DNA of 64,000 nt from Macrostomum lignano (Eukaryota). How positions within the stretch are numbered: the first letter of the stretch is position 1; every line of letters starts with the position of its first letter. Shown here piece by piece: positions 34,128-47,170 of this stretch. A program made the position numbers and the translations under genes. Under the pieces are notes generated by a model. It was not told where the DNA came from. It made no database searches and saw only the letters and a list, made by a program, of their open reading frames with translations. The DNA lies in the NCBI GenBank assembly GCA_002269645.1, contig NIVC01001728.1, forward strand, positions 1-64,000, given 5' to 3'.

Positions 34128-37100
34128 ATGGCCGGAGTAATGCTTGGAACAAAGCTTTGCACTAACAAAATCGTCCTGGAGGTAAAAAAGCTGCGCTCTT
34201 TTTCAAATTTGAATTCATGCAAATCAACTACGTGTATAACAAATTATAATTTTGGAAAACAATAAATTTCAGCGCTACATGTCGCTGCCGCAGCCGAAGG
34301 ACAAGGTGCAGTGCATGTACGTCTGGATAGACGGCACCGGGGAGAATCTCCGCGCCAAGACCCGAACTCTCGACTTTGTTCCCAAAGATCCTAAAGGTGA
34401 TTGATGAGATTATTGTTAAAAGTGCTTTAACTGGAAACAAAAAGAGGCTTGGGGAAAACTTTAGGTCAACATTTTGCAGAAAACTCAGGGGGTCGAATCT
34501 CAGGATACAGGAAAGGCAACCCGCAAAATCTCAGGAGACAGAGGGGCAAATCTCAGGAGACAGGGGGCAAATCTCAGGAGACAGGGGGGGGCAAATTTTA
34601 GGAGACAGGGGGGGCAAATCTCAGGAGACAGGGGGGCAAATCTCAGGAGACAGGGAGCAAATCTCAGGAGACAGGGGGCAAATCTCAGGAGACAGGGGGG
34701 CAAATCTCAGGAGACAGGGGGGCAAATCTCAGGAGACAGGGGGGCAAATCTCAGGAGACAGGGGGGGGGCAAATCTCAGGAGACAGGGAAGGCAACCCGC
34801 AAAATCTCAGGAGACAGAGGGGCAAATCTCAGGAGACAGAGGGGCAAATCTCAGGAGACAGAGGGGCAAATCTCAGGAGACAGAGGGGCAAATCTCAGGA
34901 GACAGGGGGCAAATCTCAGGAGACAGGGGGGGGCAAATCTCAGGAGACAGGGGGGGCAAATCTCAGGAGACAGGGGGGGGCAAATCTCAGGAGACAGGGG
35001 GGGCAAATCTCAGGAGACAGGGAAGGCAACCCGCAAAATCTCAGGAGACAGAGGGGCAAATCTCAGGAGACAGAGGGGCAAATCTCAGGAGACAGGGGGC
35101 AAATCTCAGGAGACAGAGGGGGGGGGAAATCTCAGGAGACAGGGGGGGGCAAATCTCAGGAGACAGGGGGGGGCAAATCTCAGGAGACAGAGGGGGGGGA
35201 AATCTCAGGAGACAGGGGGGGCAAATCTCAGGAGACAGGGGGGGGCAAATCTCAGGAGACAGGGGGGGCAAATCTCAGGAGACAGGGGGGGGCAAATCTC
35301 AGGAGACAGGGGGCAAATCTCAGGAGACAGGGAGCAAATCTCAGGAGACAGGGGGGCAAATCTCAGGAGACAGGGGGGGGGGCAAATCTCAGGAGACAGG
35401 GAAGGCAACCCGCAAAATCTCAGGAGACAGAGGGGCAAATCTCAGGAGACAGAGGGGCAAATCTCAGGAGACAGAGGGGCAAATCTCAGGAGACAGGGGG
35501 CAAATCTCAGGAGACAGAGGGGGGGGGAATCTCAGGAGACAGGGGGGGGCAAATCTCAGGAGACAGGGGGGCAAATCTCAGGAGACAGGGGGGGGCAAAT
35601 CTCAGGAGACAGGGGGGGCAAATCTCAGGAGACAGGGGGCAAATCTCAGGAGACAGGGGGCAAATCTCAGGAGACAGGGGGGGGCAAATCTCAGAAGACA
35701 GAGGGGGCAAATCTCAGGAGACAGGGGGGGGCAAATCTCAGGAGACAGGGGGGCAAATCTCAGGAGACAGGGGGGGGGGCAAATCTCAGGAGACAGGGGG
35801 GCAAATCTCAGGAGACAGGGGGCAAATCTCAGGAGACAGGGGGCAAATCTCAGGAGACAGGGGGGGGGCAAATCTCAGGAGACAGGGGGGCAAATCTCAG
35901 GAGACAGGGGGGGGAAATCTCAGGAGACAGGGGGCAAATCTCAGGAGACAGGGGGGGGGCAAATCTCAGGAGACAGGGGGGGGCAAATCTCAGGAGACAG
36001 GGGGGGGGGCAAATCTCAGGAGACAGAGGGGCAAATCTCAGGAGACAGGGGGCAAATCTCAGGAGACAGGGAGCAAATCTCAGGAGACAGGGGGCAAATC
36101 TCAGGAGACAGGGGGGCAAATCTCAGGAGACAGGGGGGGCAAATCTCAGGAGACAGGGAAGGCAACCCGCAAAATCTCAGGAGACAGAGGGGCAAATCTC
36201 AGGAGACAGAGGGGCAAATCTCAGGAGACAGGGGGCAAATCTCAGGAGACAGGGGGGGGCAAATCTCAGGAGACAGGGGGCAAATCTCAGGAGACAGGGG
36301 GGGGGCAAATCTCAGGAGACAGGGGGCAAATCTCAAGAGACAGGGGGGGCAAATCTCAGGAGACAGGGGGGCAAATCTCAGGAGACAGGGGGGGGGCAAA
36401 TCTCAGGAGACAGGGGGGGCAAATCTCAGGAGACAGGGGGCAAATCTCAGGAGACAGGGGGGGGGCAAATCTCAGGAGACAGGGGGGCAAATCTCAGGAG
36501 ACAGGGGGGGGGCAAATCTCAGGAGACAGGGGGCAAATCTCAGGAGACAGGGGGCAAATCTCAGGAGACAGGGGGGCAAATCTCAGGAGACAGGGGGCAA
36601 ATCTCAGGAGACAGGGGGGGCAAATCTCAGGAGACAGGGGGGGGGCAAATCTCAGGAGACAGGGGGGCAAATCTCAGGAGACAGGGGGGCAAATCTCAGG
36701 AGACAGGGGGGGGCAAATCTCAGGAGACAGGGGGGGCAAATCTCAGGAGACAGGGGGCAAATCTCAGGAGACAGGGGGCAAATCTCAGGAGACAGGGGGG
36801 GGGCAAATCTCAGGAGACAGGGGGGCAAATCTCAGGAGACAGGGGGCAAATCTCAGGAGACAGGGGGGGGCAAATCTCAGGAGACAGGGGGGGGCAAATC
36901 TCAGGAGACAGGGGGCAAATCTCAGGAGACAGGGGGCAAATCTCAGGAGACAGGGGGGGGCAAATCTCAGGAGACAGGGGGGGCAAATCTCAGGAGACAG
37001 GGGGGGGGCAAATCTCAGGAGACAGGGGGCAAATCTCAGGAGACAGGGGGCAAATCTCAGGAGACAGGGGGGCAAATCTCAGGAGACAGGGGGGGCAAAT

Positions 37101-40100
37101 CTCAGGAGACAGGGGGCAAATCTCAGGAGACAGGGGGGGGGCAAATCTCAGGAGACAGGGGGCAAATCTCAGGAGACAGGGGGCAAATCTCAGGAGACAG
37201 GGGGGCAAATCTCAGGAGACAGGGGGCAAATCTCAGGAGACAGGGGGGCAAATCTCAGGAGACAGGGGGGGGGCAAATCTCAGGAGACAGGGGGCAAATC
37301 TCAGGAGACAGGGGGGCAAATCTCAGGAGACAGGGGGGGGGCAAATCTCAGGAGACAGGGGGGGCAAATCTCAGGAGACAGGGGGCAAATCTCAGGAGAC
37401 AGGGGGCAAATCTCAGGAGACAGGGGGGGGGCAAATCTCAGGAGACAGGGGGGGGCAAATCTCAGGAGACAGGGGGCAAATCTCAGGAGACAGGGGGCAA
37501 ATCTCAGGAGACAGGGGGGGGCAAATCTCAGGAGACAGGGGGCAAATCTCAGGAGACAGGGGGGGGCAAATCTCAGGAGACAGGGGGGGGGCAAATCTCA
37601 GGAGACAGGGGGGGCAAATCTCAGGAGACAGGGGGGGGCAAATCTCAGGAGACAGGGGGCAAATCTCAGGAGACAGGGGGCAAATCTCAGGAGACAGGGG
37701 GGCAAATCTCAGGAGACAGGGGGCAAATCTCAGGAGACAGGGGGCAAATCTCAGGAGACAGGGGGCAAATCTCAGGAGACAGGGGGCAAATCTCAGGAGA
37801 CAGGGGGGGCAAATCTCAGGAGACAGGGGGCAAATCTCCGGAGACAGGGGGGGGGCAAATCTCAGGAGACAGGGGGGGCAAATCTCAGGAGACAGGGGGG
37901 GCAAATCTCAGGAGACAGGGGGGGGGCAAATCTCAGGAGACAGGGGGGGCAAATCTCAGGAGACAGGGGGCAAATCTCAGGAGACAGGGGGGGCAAATCT
38001 CAGGAGACAGGGGGGGCAAATCTCAGGAGACAGGGGGCAAATCTCAGGAGACAGGGGGGGGGCAAATCTCAGGAGACAGGGGGCAAATCTCAGGAGACAG
38101 GGGGGGGCAAATCTCAGGAGACAGGGGGCAAATCTCAGGAGACAGGGGGGGGCAAATCTCAGGAGACAGGGGGCAAATCTCAGGAGACAGGGGGGGGCAA
38201 ATCTCAGGAGACAGGGGGGGGGCAAATCTCAGGAGACAGGGGGCAAATCTCAGGAGACAGGGGGGGGGCAAATCTCAGGAGACAGGGGGCAAATCTAAGG
38301 AGACAGGGGGGGGCAAATCTCAGGAGACAGGGGGCAAATCTCAGGAGACAGGGGGGGGCAAATCTCAGGAGACAGGGGGGGGCAAATCTCAGGAGACAGG
38401 GGGGGCAAATCTCAGGAGACAGGGGGCAAATCTCAGGAGACAGGGGGCAAATCTCAGGAGACAGGGGGCAAATCTCAGGAGACAGGGGGCAAATCTCAGG
38501 AGACAGGGGGGGCAAATCTCAGGAGACAGGGGGCAAATCTCAGGAGACAGGGGGGGGCAAATCTCAGGAGACAGGGGGGGGCAAATCTCAGGAGACAGGG
38601 GGGGCAAATCTCAGGAGACAGGGGGCAAATCTCAGGAGACAGGGGGGCAAATCTCAGGAGACAGGGGGCAAATCTCAGGAGACAGGGGGCAAATCTCAGG
38701 AGACAGGGGGCAAATCTCAGGAGACAGGGGGCAAATCTCAGGAGACAGGGGGGGGCAAATCTCAGGAGACAGGGGGCAAATCTCAGGAGACAGGGGGGGG
38801 CAAATCTCAGGAGACAGGGGGGGCAAATCTCAGGAGACAGGGGGGGGCAAATCTCAGGAGACAGGGGGGGGCAAATCTCAGGAGACAGGGGGGGCAAATC
38901 TCAGGAGACAGGGGGCAAATCTCAGGAGACAGGGGGGGCAAATCTCAGGAGACAGGGGGGGGGCAAATCTCAGGAGACAGGGGGCAAATCTCAGGAGACA
39001 GGGGGGGGCAAATCTCAGGAGACAGGGGGCAAATCTCAGGAGACAGGGGGGGGCAAATCTCAGGAGACAGGGGGGGGCAAATCTCAGGAGACAGGGGGGG
39101 GCAAATCTCAGGAGACAGGGGGCAAATCTCAGGAGACAGGGGGGGGCAAATCTCAGGAGACAGGGGGCAAATCTCAGGAGACAGGGGGGGGCAAATCTCA
39201 GGAGACAGGGGGCAAATCTCAGGAGACAGGGGGGGGCAAATCTCAGGAGACAGGGGGGGCAAATCTCAGGAGACAGGGGGCAAATCTCAGGAGACAGGGG
39301 GGGGCAAATCTCAGGAGACAGGGGGCAAATCTCAGGAGACAGGGGGGGGGCAAATCTCAGGAGACAGGGGGCAAATCTCAGGAGACAGGGGGGCAAATCT
39401 CAGGAGACAGGGGGGGGGGCAAATCTCAGGAGACAGGGGGGGCAAATCTCAGGAGACAGGGGGCAAATCTCAGGAGACAGGGGGCAAATCTCAGGAGACA
39501 GGGGGCAAATCTCAGGAGACAGGGGGCAAATCTCAGGAGACAGGGGGCAAATCTCAGGAGACAGGGGGGCAAATCTCAGGAGACAGGGGGCAAATCTCAG
39601 GAGACAGGGGGGGCAAATCTCAGGAGACAGGGGGGGGCAAATCTCAGGAGACAGGGGGGCAAATCTCAGGAGACAGGGGGCAAATCTCAGGAGACAGGGG
39701 GCAAATCTCAGGAGACAGGGGGCAAATCTCAGGAGACAGGGGGCAAATCTCAGGAGACAGGGGGCAAATCTCAGGAGACAGGGGGCCAATAGTCAAAAAA
39801 GTGAAGCCATAGGAAAAGTGATTCAATAGCCATGGACCCGCCCCAACTGCAGAGCTGCCAATCTGGAACTTTGACGGCTCCAGCACCGGCCAGGCTGTCG
39901 GCGAGAACTCCGACGTGATGATCCACCCCGTGGCGCTCTACCAGGACCCGGTGCGCGGCAACAACAATCGCTTGGTGCTGTGCGAGACCTACGCCCACGA
40001 CGGCAAGGTGCACCCGACTAACCTGCGGCACGGCTGCGTGCAGGTCATGGAGAAGGCCAAAAGTTTCAAGCCGTGGTTTGCGTTCGAGCAGGAGTACACC

Positions 40101-41470
40101 TTGATGGACATCGACGATCAGCCGTTCGGCTGGCCCAAGAACGGCTTCCCCGGACCGCAGGGTCCCTACTACACCAGCGTCGGCGCCAACAAGGCCTACG
40201 GCCGCGACGTGGTCGAGGCGCACTACAAGGCCTGTTTGAGGGCTGGAATCAACATCTTCGGCACCAATGCCGAGGGCATGCCATCTCAGTGGGAGTTCCA
40301 GGTGCGATGCGCTTGGGCATGGGACTGCTGGTGATCTCTGATCTGTGTGAATCGGGGATTTTCCGATGTGTGAATCGGGGGTTTCTATTCTGTGATCTTT
40401 GATGCGTGAACGAAAATTTTAGTATCTGCAACAAATGCAATGCAGATTGGTCCATCCGAGGGCATCACCGCGAGTGACGACCTGTGGATGGCCCGCTTCC
40501 TCATTCATCGGATCGCCGAGGACTTCGGCATCGCCGTGACCCTCGAGCCGAAGCTGAAGAAGGACTGGAGCGGCGCCGGCGGCCATGTGAACTTCAGCAC
40601 TGTGCAGATGCGACAGCCGGGCGGCCTGGCCGTCATCAAAGAGGCCGTCGAGAAGCTGAGCAAGCGGCACCAGACTCACCTGAAGTTCTACGACCCGAAG
40701 GGCGGCGCCGACAACCTGCGCCGGCTCACCTGCATGCACGAGACGTCCAGCTTTTACGAGTTCACGCACGGTAGGCTTCTGAACGAAAGATGAGCCACTT
40801 CTTAAAGTGCGGCTCAGCCCGAACTGGACAGAAATCAAATTGATTCCAGAGTGCGGCTAATTAAGTGACTACTCAGCCCGTCACAAGCTGGGTCTCGTGG
40901 GATATCTAGGCGCCTAAGGTGTCCAAGCGACAGTCTAGGTGTCCGGACGACAGACTAATTGTCCAGAGGATGAACTAGGTGTCCAGAGGATGAACTAGGT
41001 GTCCGGAGGATGAACTAGGTGTCCGGAGGATGAACTAGGTGTCCGGAGGATGAACTAGGTGTCCGGAGGATGAACTAGGTGTCCGGAGGATGAACTAGGT
41101 GTCCGGACGACACGTTAGGTGTCCGAGGGGTGAACTAGGTATCTGGGTGATGGAATAGTTGTCCGGGTGACATTAGCACTAGGCATAGGACTGCCTATGC
41201 AACCAAAGTCAGTATCTGAACACTAAGCACAAGTTTCAGAGCACTAATTAAGAGACATCAATGTTAAACTGTGAAAGGCCAAATTATACTTGTTCTTGTA
41301 TACCAACCCCCGCAGGTGTGGCGCACCGCAACGCCTCGGTGCGAATTCCGCGCCAGGTGAACGAAGACGGCTGCGGTTACCTGGAGGATCGCCGGCCAAC
41401 GGCCAACTGCGACCCCTACGCTGTTACGGAGATGCTGGTGCGCACCACCTGCCTGAATGAGACCGACTGA
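34128..41470 (+). CDS. GLUL: Glutamine synthetase type II, paralog 2 (diverged active-site loops)
   Basis: Exons 34128-34181 ([18 protein letters not shown]), 34273-34396, 39853-40301, 40446-40770, 41316-41470. Same intron positions and phases as paralog 1; 368 aa, frame intact. A possible non-coding 5' exon ends at CAG|GTGAGT 32265. Confidence 0.96.
34526..39787. repeat. 5.3-kb G-run minisatellite (G5-9 CAAATCTCAGGAGACA)n filling GS-2 intron 2
   Basis: About 240 units of a constant 16-mer plus a variable G run. The monomer has no stop codon on +, which explains the 1817/1274-aa ORFs. Confidence 0.97.
40935..41150. repeat. 20-bp minisatellite (CTAGGTGTCCGGAGGATGAA)n in the last GS-2 intron
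   Basis: About 10 units. Confidence 0.9.
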
Positions 41471-41640
41471 GCAGCTGGGAGAGTCACTAATTCGATCACT
41501 CGAAAGTTGAGACTTGTTAAATCCTACCTTGGCTGGACTTTGTTGAAATTTTTGGCCTTCCATTTTGCCAAAACTTGATTTGAGTCATTAATAAGGAGCT
41601 TCTGACAGATTCTACTGACACATTTGTCTGATATGATCCA

Positions 41641-42190
41641 TCTGACAGACCCCTCTGACAGACCCCTCTGACAGACCCCTCTGACAGACCCTCTGACAGA
41701 CCCCTCTGACAGACCCTTCTGACAGACCCCTCTGACAGACCCTCTGACAGACCCCTCTGACAGACCCCTCTGACAGACCCCTCTGACAGACCCCTCTGAC
41801 AGACCCTCTGACAGACCCCTCTGACAGACCCTCTGACAGAACCCTCTGACAGACCCTCTGACAGACCCTCTGACAGACCCCTCTGACAGACCCTCTGACA
41901 GACCCTCTGACAGACCCTCTGACAGACCCCTCTGACAGACCCTCTGACAGAACCCTCTGACAGACCCCTCTGACAGACCCTCTGACAAACCCTCTGACAG
42001 ACCCTCTGACAGACCCCTCTGACAGACCCCTCTGACAGACCCCTCTGACAGACCCCTCTGACAGACCCCTCTGACAGACCCCTTTGACAGACCCCTCTGA
42101 CAGACCCCTCTGAGGCTCTGACAGACCCCTCTGACAGACCCCTGACAGACCCCTCTGGCAGATCCCTTTGAAAGGCCCTTCTGACAGACC
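41641..42190. repeat. 13-14-bp minisatellite (CTGACAGACCC(C)T)n
   Basis: About 40 units 3' of GS-2. Confidence 0.93.
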
Positions 42191-42734
42191 TTCGCAGATT
42201 TCCTCCGAAAAATCCATCGTTAATTAACAGTGGTAAAAACTGAATGACAAAACGGGGGAAGAAATCGGTGTTCCCAACGTGGAGTTCGCAACAGCAAAGA
42301 TTAAGTCAACTTTTTCAATCCAATTTTTGCTCGCCCCCCCCCCCTCACTTGTCATGCTATGCTAATTATCCCAATGTATTCCGCCGCATAAATTAATAAC
42401 TAATAATAACGCATCAGTTATGCATGGCCAAGTGGTTTCATTTTTTCTGCAAAATCGCTTTTTAGATTATCTTTTTCGAATTTTCTTACAATTTTATAGA
42501 TCCGTTGCAGCCACTTTTCTATACTATTTATATTGTCGCGCTTTAAACCCTTAACTTACTTACCGCACACCTGTCAAAGCCTAACTGTAGTAGCTACTAA
42601 CAGCAGTATTTTAATGAAATGTCCCTCTTACCATAGTGAAACATAGTAGCAATTAACATAATGAAATAAAATACAGATTATTGCATCGTAATTTTTTTCC
42701 TTCACCTAGCTTTATCTCTCCCTTTGCCACAACA

Positions 42735-42902
42735 ATCAGGATTCTGGGATTGATGATGATGATGATGGGGATTCTGGGATTAATGATGATGATGAAGATT
42801 CTGGGATTGATGATGATGATGATGGAGAATCTGGGATTGATGATGATGATGGGGATTCTGGGATTGATGATGATTATGGGGATGCTGGGATTGATGATGC
42901 TG
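42735..42902. repeat. GGGATT(GAT)n compound microsatellite
   Basis: Six units; same family as 47430-47815. Confidence 0.85.
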
Positions 42903-43722
42903 CATCGTAAATTGATTTTTTCTCCTTTTATTTCTGCCTTCTTTTCTAATTTATTTCCCTCTTCTTCCAATCATTTCCCTTTCTCCCAATTAATTCCCTC
43001 TCCGTTCCTCACTCTTTCCTAATTGTTAATGAACATGCGCAGCTGCACACGCGCCTGCCTGCCTGACAATTATGAGTGCGTGCCTGCTCGCATACAGTAC
43101 GAGTATATTGGCGCGCTTGTAATCGTATGTGCTCAAGCTGAGTCAGCGGAATGAGCAGAAATTGCCATCAGCGCTACTGGTGGCGAGTCCGATGTCACCG
43201 AAGATTTTATTTTGCGCGACGCGCTTTGCGGAGGAGGCGCGACGTGACTGCAATGTACACTGAGTAGATAGTAAAGCATCTACATGTACATGTAGATGTA
43301 GCAGATTTCGAATAGAATCACTGATAAGACACATTGCGTGTGACTCGATGTAATATGCAACTATAAAAGTCAGTTTAATGTGCTGTAACTGCAACAGAAG
43401 GCACGATAGCTGCCCCACTTATGCAGAGCGGCCCAAATGCAGTCAGCCAAATGTGCAGTTGGATGCAGTCTCGATCGTTTAGGCAATGCTTGCATCAGAG
43501 GAGATCAGATAAGTCAGCAGGCAGCAGGTGACTTCCGGTCCTTCAGCGCCCTTGCCGCATCAGAACCCAAATAAAGTATATTTTATAGAATACATGCAGA
43601 AATTTCTCGAGCAAAACATGCAGCTTCTCTGCAACCCTGCAACTTGTTGCATAAAACTTTTATAAAATTCCTCTAGCAATATTCTTAACACCTGTCTTCC
43701 TGATTGATTGACTTGCCAAGAC

Positions 43723-46052
43723 ATGCCACTAAGCCCAGCAACCGCGGCAGGTATTGGGCAAGATGCGAGCTCCGAGTCCGACCTGAACCATCTGTTCCTG
43801 CTGCCAATAGGGATCGCCCAGCTCGTGGGAGCTTTTCTGCGGCTGCTGATCGGCTTGCTCATCAGCTTCCCGACTGAGTCGGTGAGAGCTGCTGTGTGTA
43901 GTCTCATTGTAAATTGCATTTGTGACAGTCAGAGATGTCCTCCCCTGACAATCAGAGATGTCCTCCCCTGACAGTCAGAGATGTCCTCCCCTGACAGTCA
44001 GAGATGTCCTCCTGACAGTCAGAGATGTCCTTCCCTGACAATCAGAGATGTCCTCCTGACAGTCAGAGATGTCCTTCCCTGACAATCAGAGATGTCCTCC
44101 TGACAGTCAGAGATGTCCTCCCCTGACAATCAGAGATGTCCTCCCCTAACAGTCAGAGATGTCCTCCCCTGAAAATCAGAGATGTCCTCCTGACAATCAG
44201 ATATGTCCTCCTGACAGTCAGAGATGTCCTTCCCTGACAATCAGAGATGTCCTCCTGACAATCAGAGATGTCCTCCTGACAGTCAGAGATGTCCTTCCCT
44301 GACAATCAGAGATGTCCTCCTGACAGTCAGAGATGTCCTTCCCTGACAATCAGAGATGTCCTCCTGACAGTCAGAGATGTCCTCCCCTGACAATCAGAGA
44401 TGTCCTCCCCTAACAGTCAGAGATGTCCTCCCCTGAAAATCAGAGATGTCCTCCTGACAATCAGATATGTCCTCCTGACAGTCAGAGATGTCCTTCCCTG
44501 ACAATCAGAGATGTCCTCCTGACAATCAGAGATGTCCTCCTGACAGTCAGAGATGTCCTTCCCTGACAATCAGAGATGTCCTCCTGACAGTCAGAGATGT
44601 CCTCCCCTGACAATCAGAGATGTCCTTCCCTGACAATCAGAGATGTCCTCCTGACAGTCAGAGATGTCCTTCCCTGACAATCAGAGATGTCCTCCTGACA
44701 GTCAGAGATGTCCTCCCCTGACAATCAGAGATGTCCTCCCCTAACAGTCAGAGATGTCCTCCCCTGAAAATCAGAGATGTCCTTCCCTGACAATCAGAGA
44801 TGTCCTCCTGACAGTCAGAGATGTCCTTCCCTGACAATCAGAGATGTCCTCCTGACAGTCAGAGATGTCCTCCCCTGACAATCAGAGATGTCCTTCCCTG
44901 ACAATCAGAGATGTCCTCCTGACAGTCAGAGATGTCCTTCCCTGACAATCAGAGATGTCCTCCCCTAACAGTCAGAGATGTCCTCCCCTAACAGTCAGAG
45001 ATGTCCTCCCCTAACAGTCAGAGATGTCCTCCCCTAACAGTCAGAGATGTCCTCCCCTGACAGTCAGAGATGTCCTCCCCTAACAGTCAGAGATGTCCTC
45101 CCCTAACAGTCAGAGATGTCCTTCCCTGACAATCAAAGATGTCCTCCTGACAATCAGAGATGTCCTCCCCTGACAATCAGAGATGTCCTCCCCTAACAGT
45201 CAGAGATGTCCTCCCCTGAAAATCAGATATGTCCTTCCCTGACAATCAGAGATGTCCTCCCCTGACAGTCAGAGATGTCCTCCCCTAACAGTCAGAGATG
45301 TCCTCCCCTGACAGTCAGAGATGTCCTCCCTGACAGTCAGAGATGTCCTCCCCTGACAGTCAGAGATGTACTCCCCTGACAATCAGAGATGTCCTCCTGA
45401 CAATCAGAGATGTCCTCCCCTGACAATCAGAGATGTCCTCCCCTAACAGTCAGAGATTAAAAATTAAAATGATAGGCAGTCCAATTCTCTCCCAACCTGC
45501 CTCGCAAAAACCATCCAGGCCGGCCTCCGCCTCCTGACCGTGACGGCCAGCTTTCTGCTGTACTCCCTGACCGGCCTGGCCATCCTGCTGACCCACCTGA
45601 CCGCCCAGCTGGCCCGGCTGAAGCCCAGAGCCACCGGCTGCCTGGTGCTCTGCTCCGTGTCAGCCGTGTTCACCGTGTTCGAGATGCACCACCACCTCAT
45701 CCGGGCCGTAGCCGAGGCCGAGGCCGCCGTCATCGTCAACAGCAACGTGACTTCGTCATCAGCCGCCGGCAACGGACACCGTCAGATCCGACAGCAGCAC
45801 CGGCTGGTCATGGTGGCGCTGCTGCTGGTCCAATGCGTCATCGTGACCTTCGCCTCCTACCTGTGCATCAAGCTGATGTGGACAACGACAACTTCGACAA
45901 CTGCTGACGGCGGTGGAGAAAGAGAACCAGCTGGGCCATCGTCAGGCGCCTCCGCTGATGCTCCCGCCGCAGCTGCCGTACTGGCGACGTCTGTTGACGA
46001 GAGCTCGGCTGCCGTTGTCAGCGAGAGCATCGAGTTGAAGACCCAGCTGTGA
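43723..46052 (+). CDS. Four-transmembrane protein, CD20/MS4A-like topology, ~230 aa
   Basis: Exon 43723-43881 (MPLSPA...LLPIGIAQLVGAFLRLLIGLLISFPTES|gtgag) joins in phase 0 to exon 45519-46052 (cag|AGLRLLTVTASFLLYSLTGLAILL...CLVLCSVSAVFTVF...LVMVALLLVQCVIVTFASYLCIKLMW...*). Four hydrophobic segments and GC3-rich codons. Family assignment is pattern-based only. Confidence 0.78.
43923..45456. repeat. 21-23-bp minisatellite (CTGACA(G/A)TCAGAGATGTCCTCCC)n filling the intron of the four-TM gene
   Basis: About 68 units occupying nearly all of the 1637-nt intron. Confidence 0.95.
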
Positions 46053-46532
46053 CTGCGGAGTGATTTATAATAGGGATGTTTTGTTTGCCAAGCTCAAGAG
46101 CTGTCTCTGAAATGAAGTGCATGCTTACGTCTTTTTGGTGGGGGGGGGGGCCCTCGGTCTCCTCACATGTACATGTACCGTAGGTGAGGGCGCCAACCTC
46201 CTTTACATGCACATGTGTAAATGTATGCGGCCCATGTTGATGCTATCTCAAAAGAGTCCACGACCACCTGCGTAGGCCACTGGGGGACACAGGCTTGAAG
46301 GCGGGGTTGCTGGTTAATCAAGATTCCCAGCGAACGTGGGCTACGAGTACGTCCATAGTGTCAAATTGACATCGCTGTTTTAAACACCATTATTAGTACT
46401 GAAGTGTTTTCAAAACTATTCTACTCAATTAAAGTAAAACCAAGTGCAATAGGTAATTGCTTCTTATAAACTATCAGTTATATTTTTAAGCTTTTGACGT
46501 CTCTAATGCAATATTTACGGGAGTTTTGTGAT

Positions 46533-46912
46533 AACTGATGCAATAATCAGGTGATAACTGATTCAATAATCAGGTGAAAACTGATGCAATAATAATCAGG
46601 TGATAACTGATGCAACGATCAGGTGCTAAGTGGTGCAATAATCAGGTGATAACCGATGCAATAATCAGGTGATAACTGATGCAATAATCAGGTGATAAGT
46701 GAATGCAATAATCAGGAGATAACTGAATGCAATGATCAGGTGATAACCGATGCAATAATCAGGTGATAAGTGAATGCAATAATCAGGAGATAACTGAATG
46801 CAATGATCAGGTGATAAGTGAATGCAATAATCAGGTGATAACTGAATGCAATAATCAGGTGATAACTGAATGCAATGATCAGGTGATAACCGATGCAATA
46901 ATCAGGTGATAA
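46533..46912. repeat. ~23-bp minisatellite (TGCAATAATCAGGTGATAACTGA)n
   Basis: About 16 units. Confidence 0.9.
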
Positions 46913-47170
46913 CAATCACCGGTTGCATTTTTAGTAAGTCATCAGTGATAAATAAGAGATTCAGGAGAATTCATCAGGAGATAAACTTAGAAGTCAAGGA
47001 AACAATGAAATACAACAATGGATTTTTTTATGAAAAATGCAACTAAATGCTTACTTTATATTTGTTATAAAAATATTTTATAGGCAAATACAGTACGGAC
47101 TGCTTGCAATCAGCTGCAAAATGAATCAATACGCCAAGAACAGTGAGATCAACCAGTTTGGCAACTTCAG

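Noticed and set aside
34376-39829. 1817-aa and 1274-aa ORFs
   Set aside because: Translation of a stop-free minisatellite inside GS-2 intron 2; the flanking GS exons splice correctly around it.
28308-41470. Gene conversion between GS paralogs (near-identical nucleotide patches)
   Set aside because: The patches coincide with the most conserved peptides under strong GC3 bias; not separable by eye without a dS window analysis.
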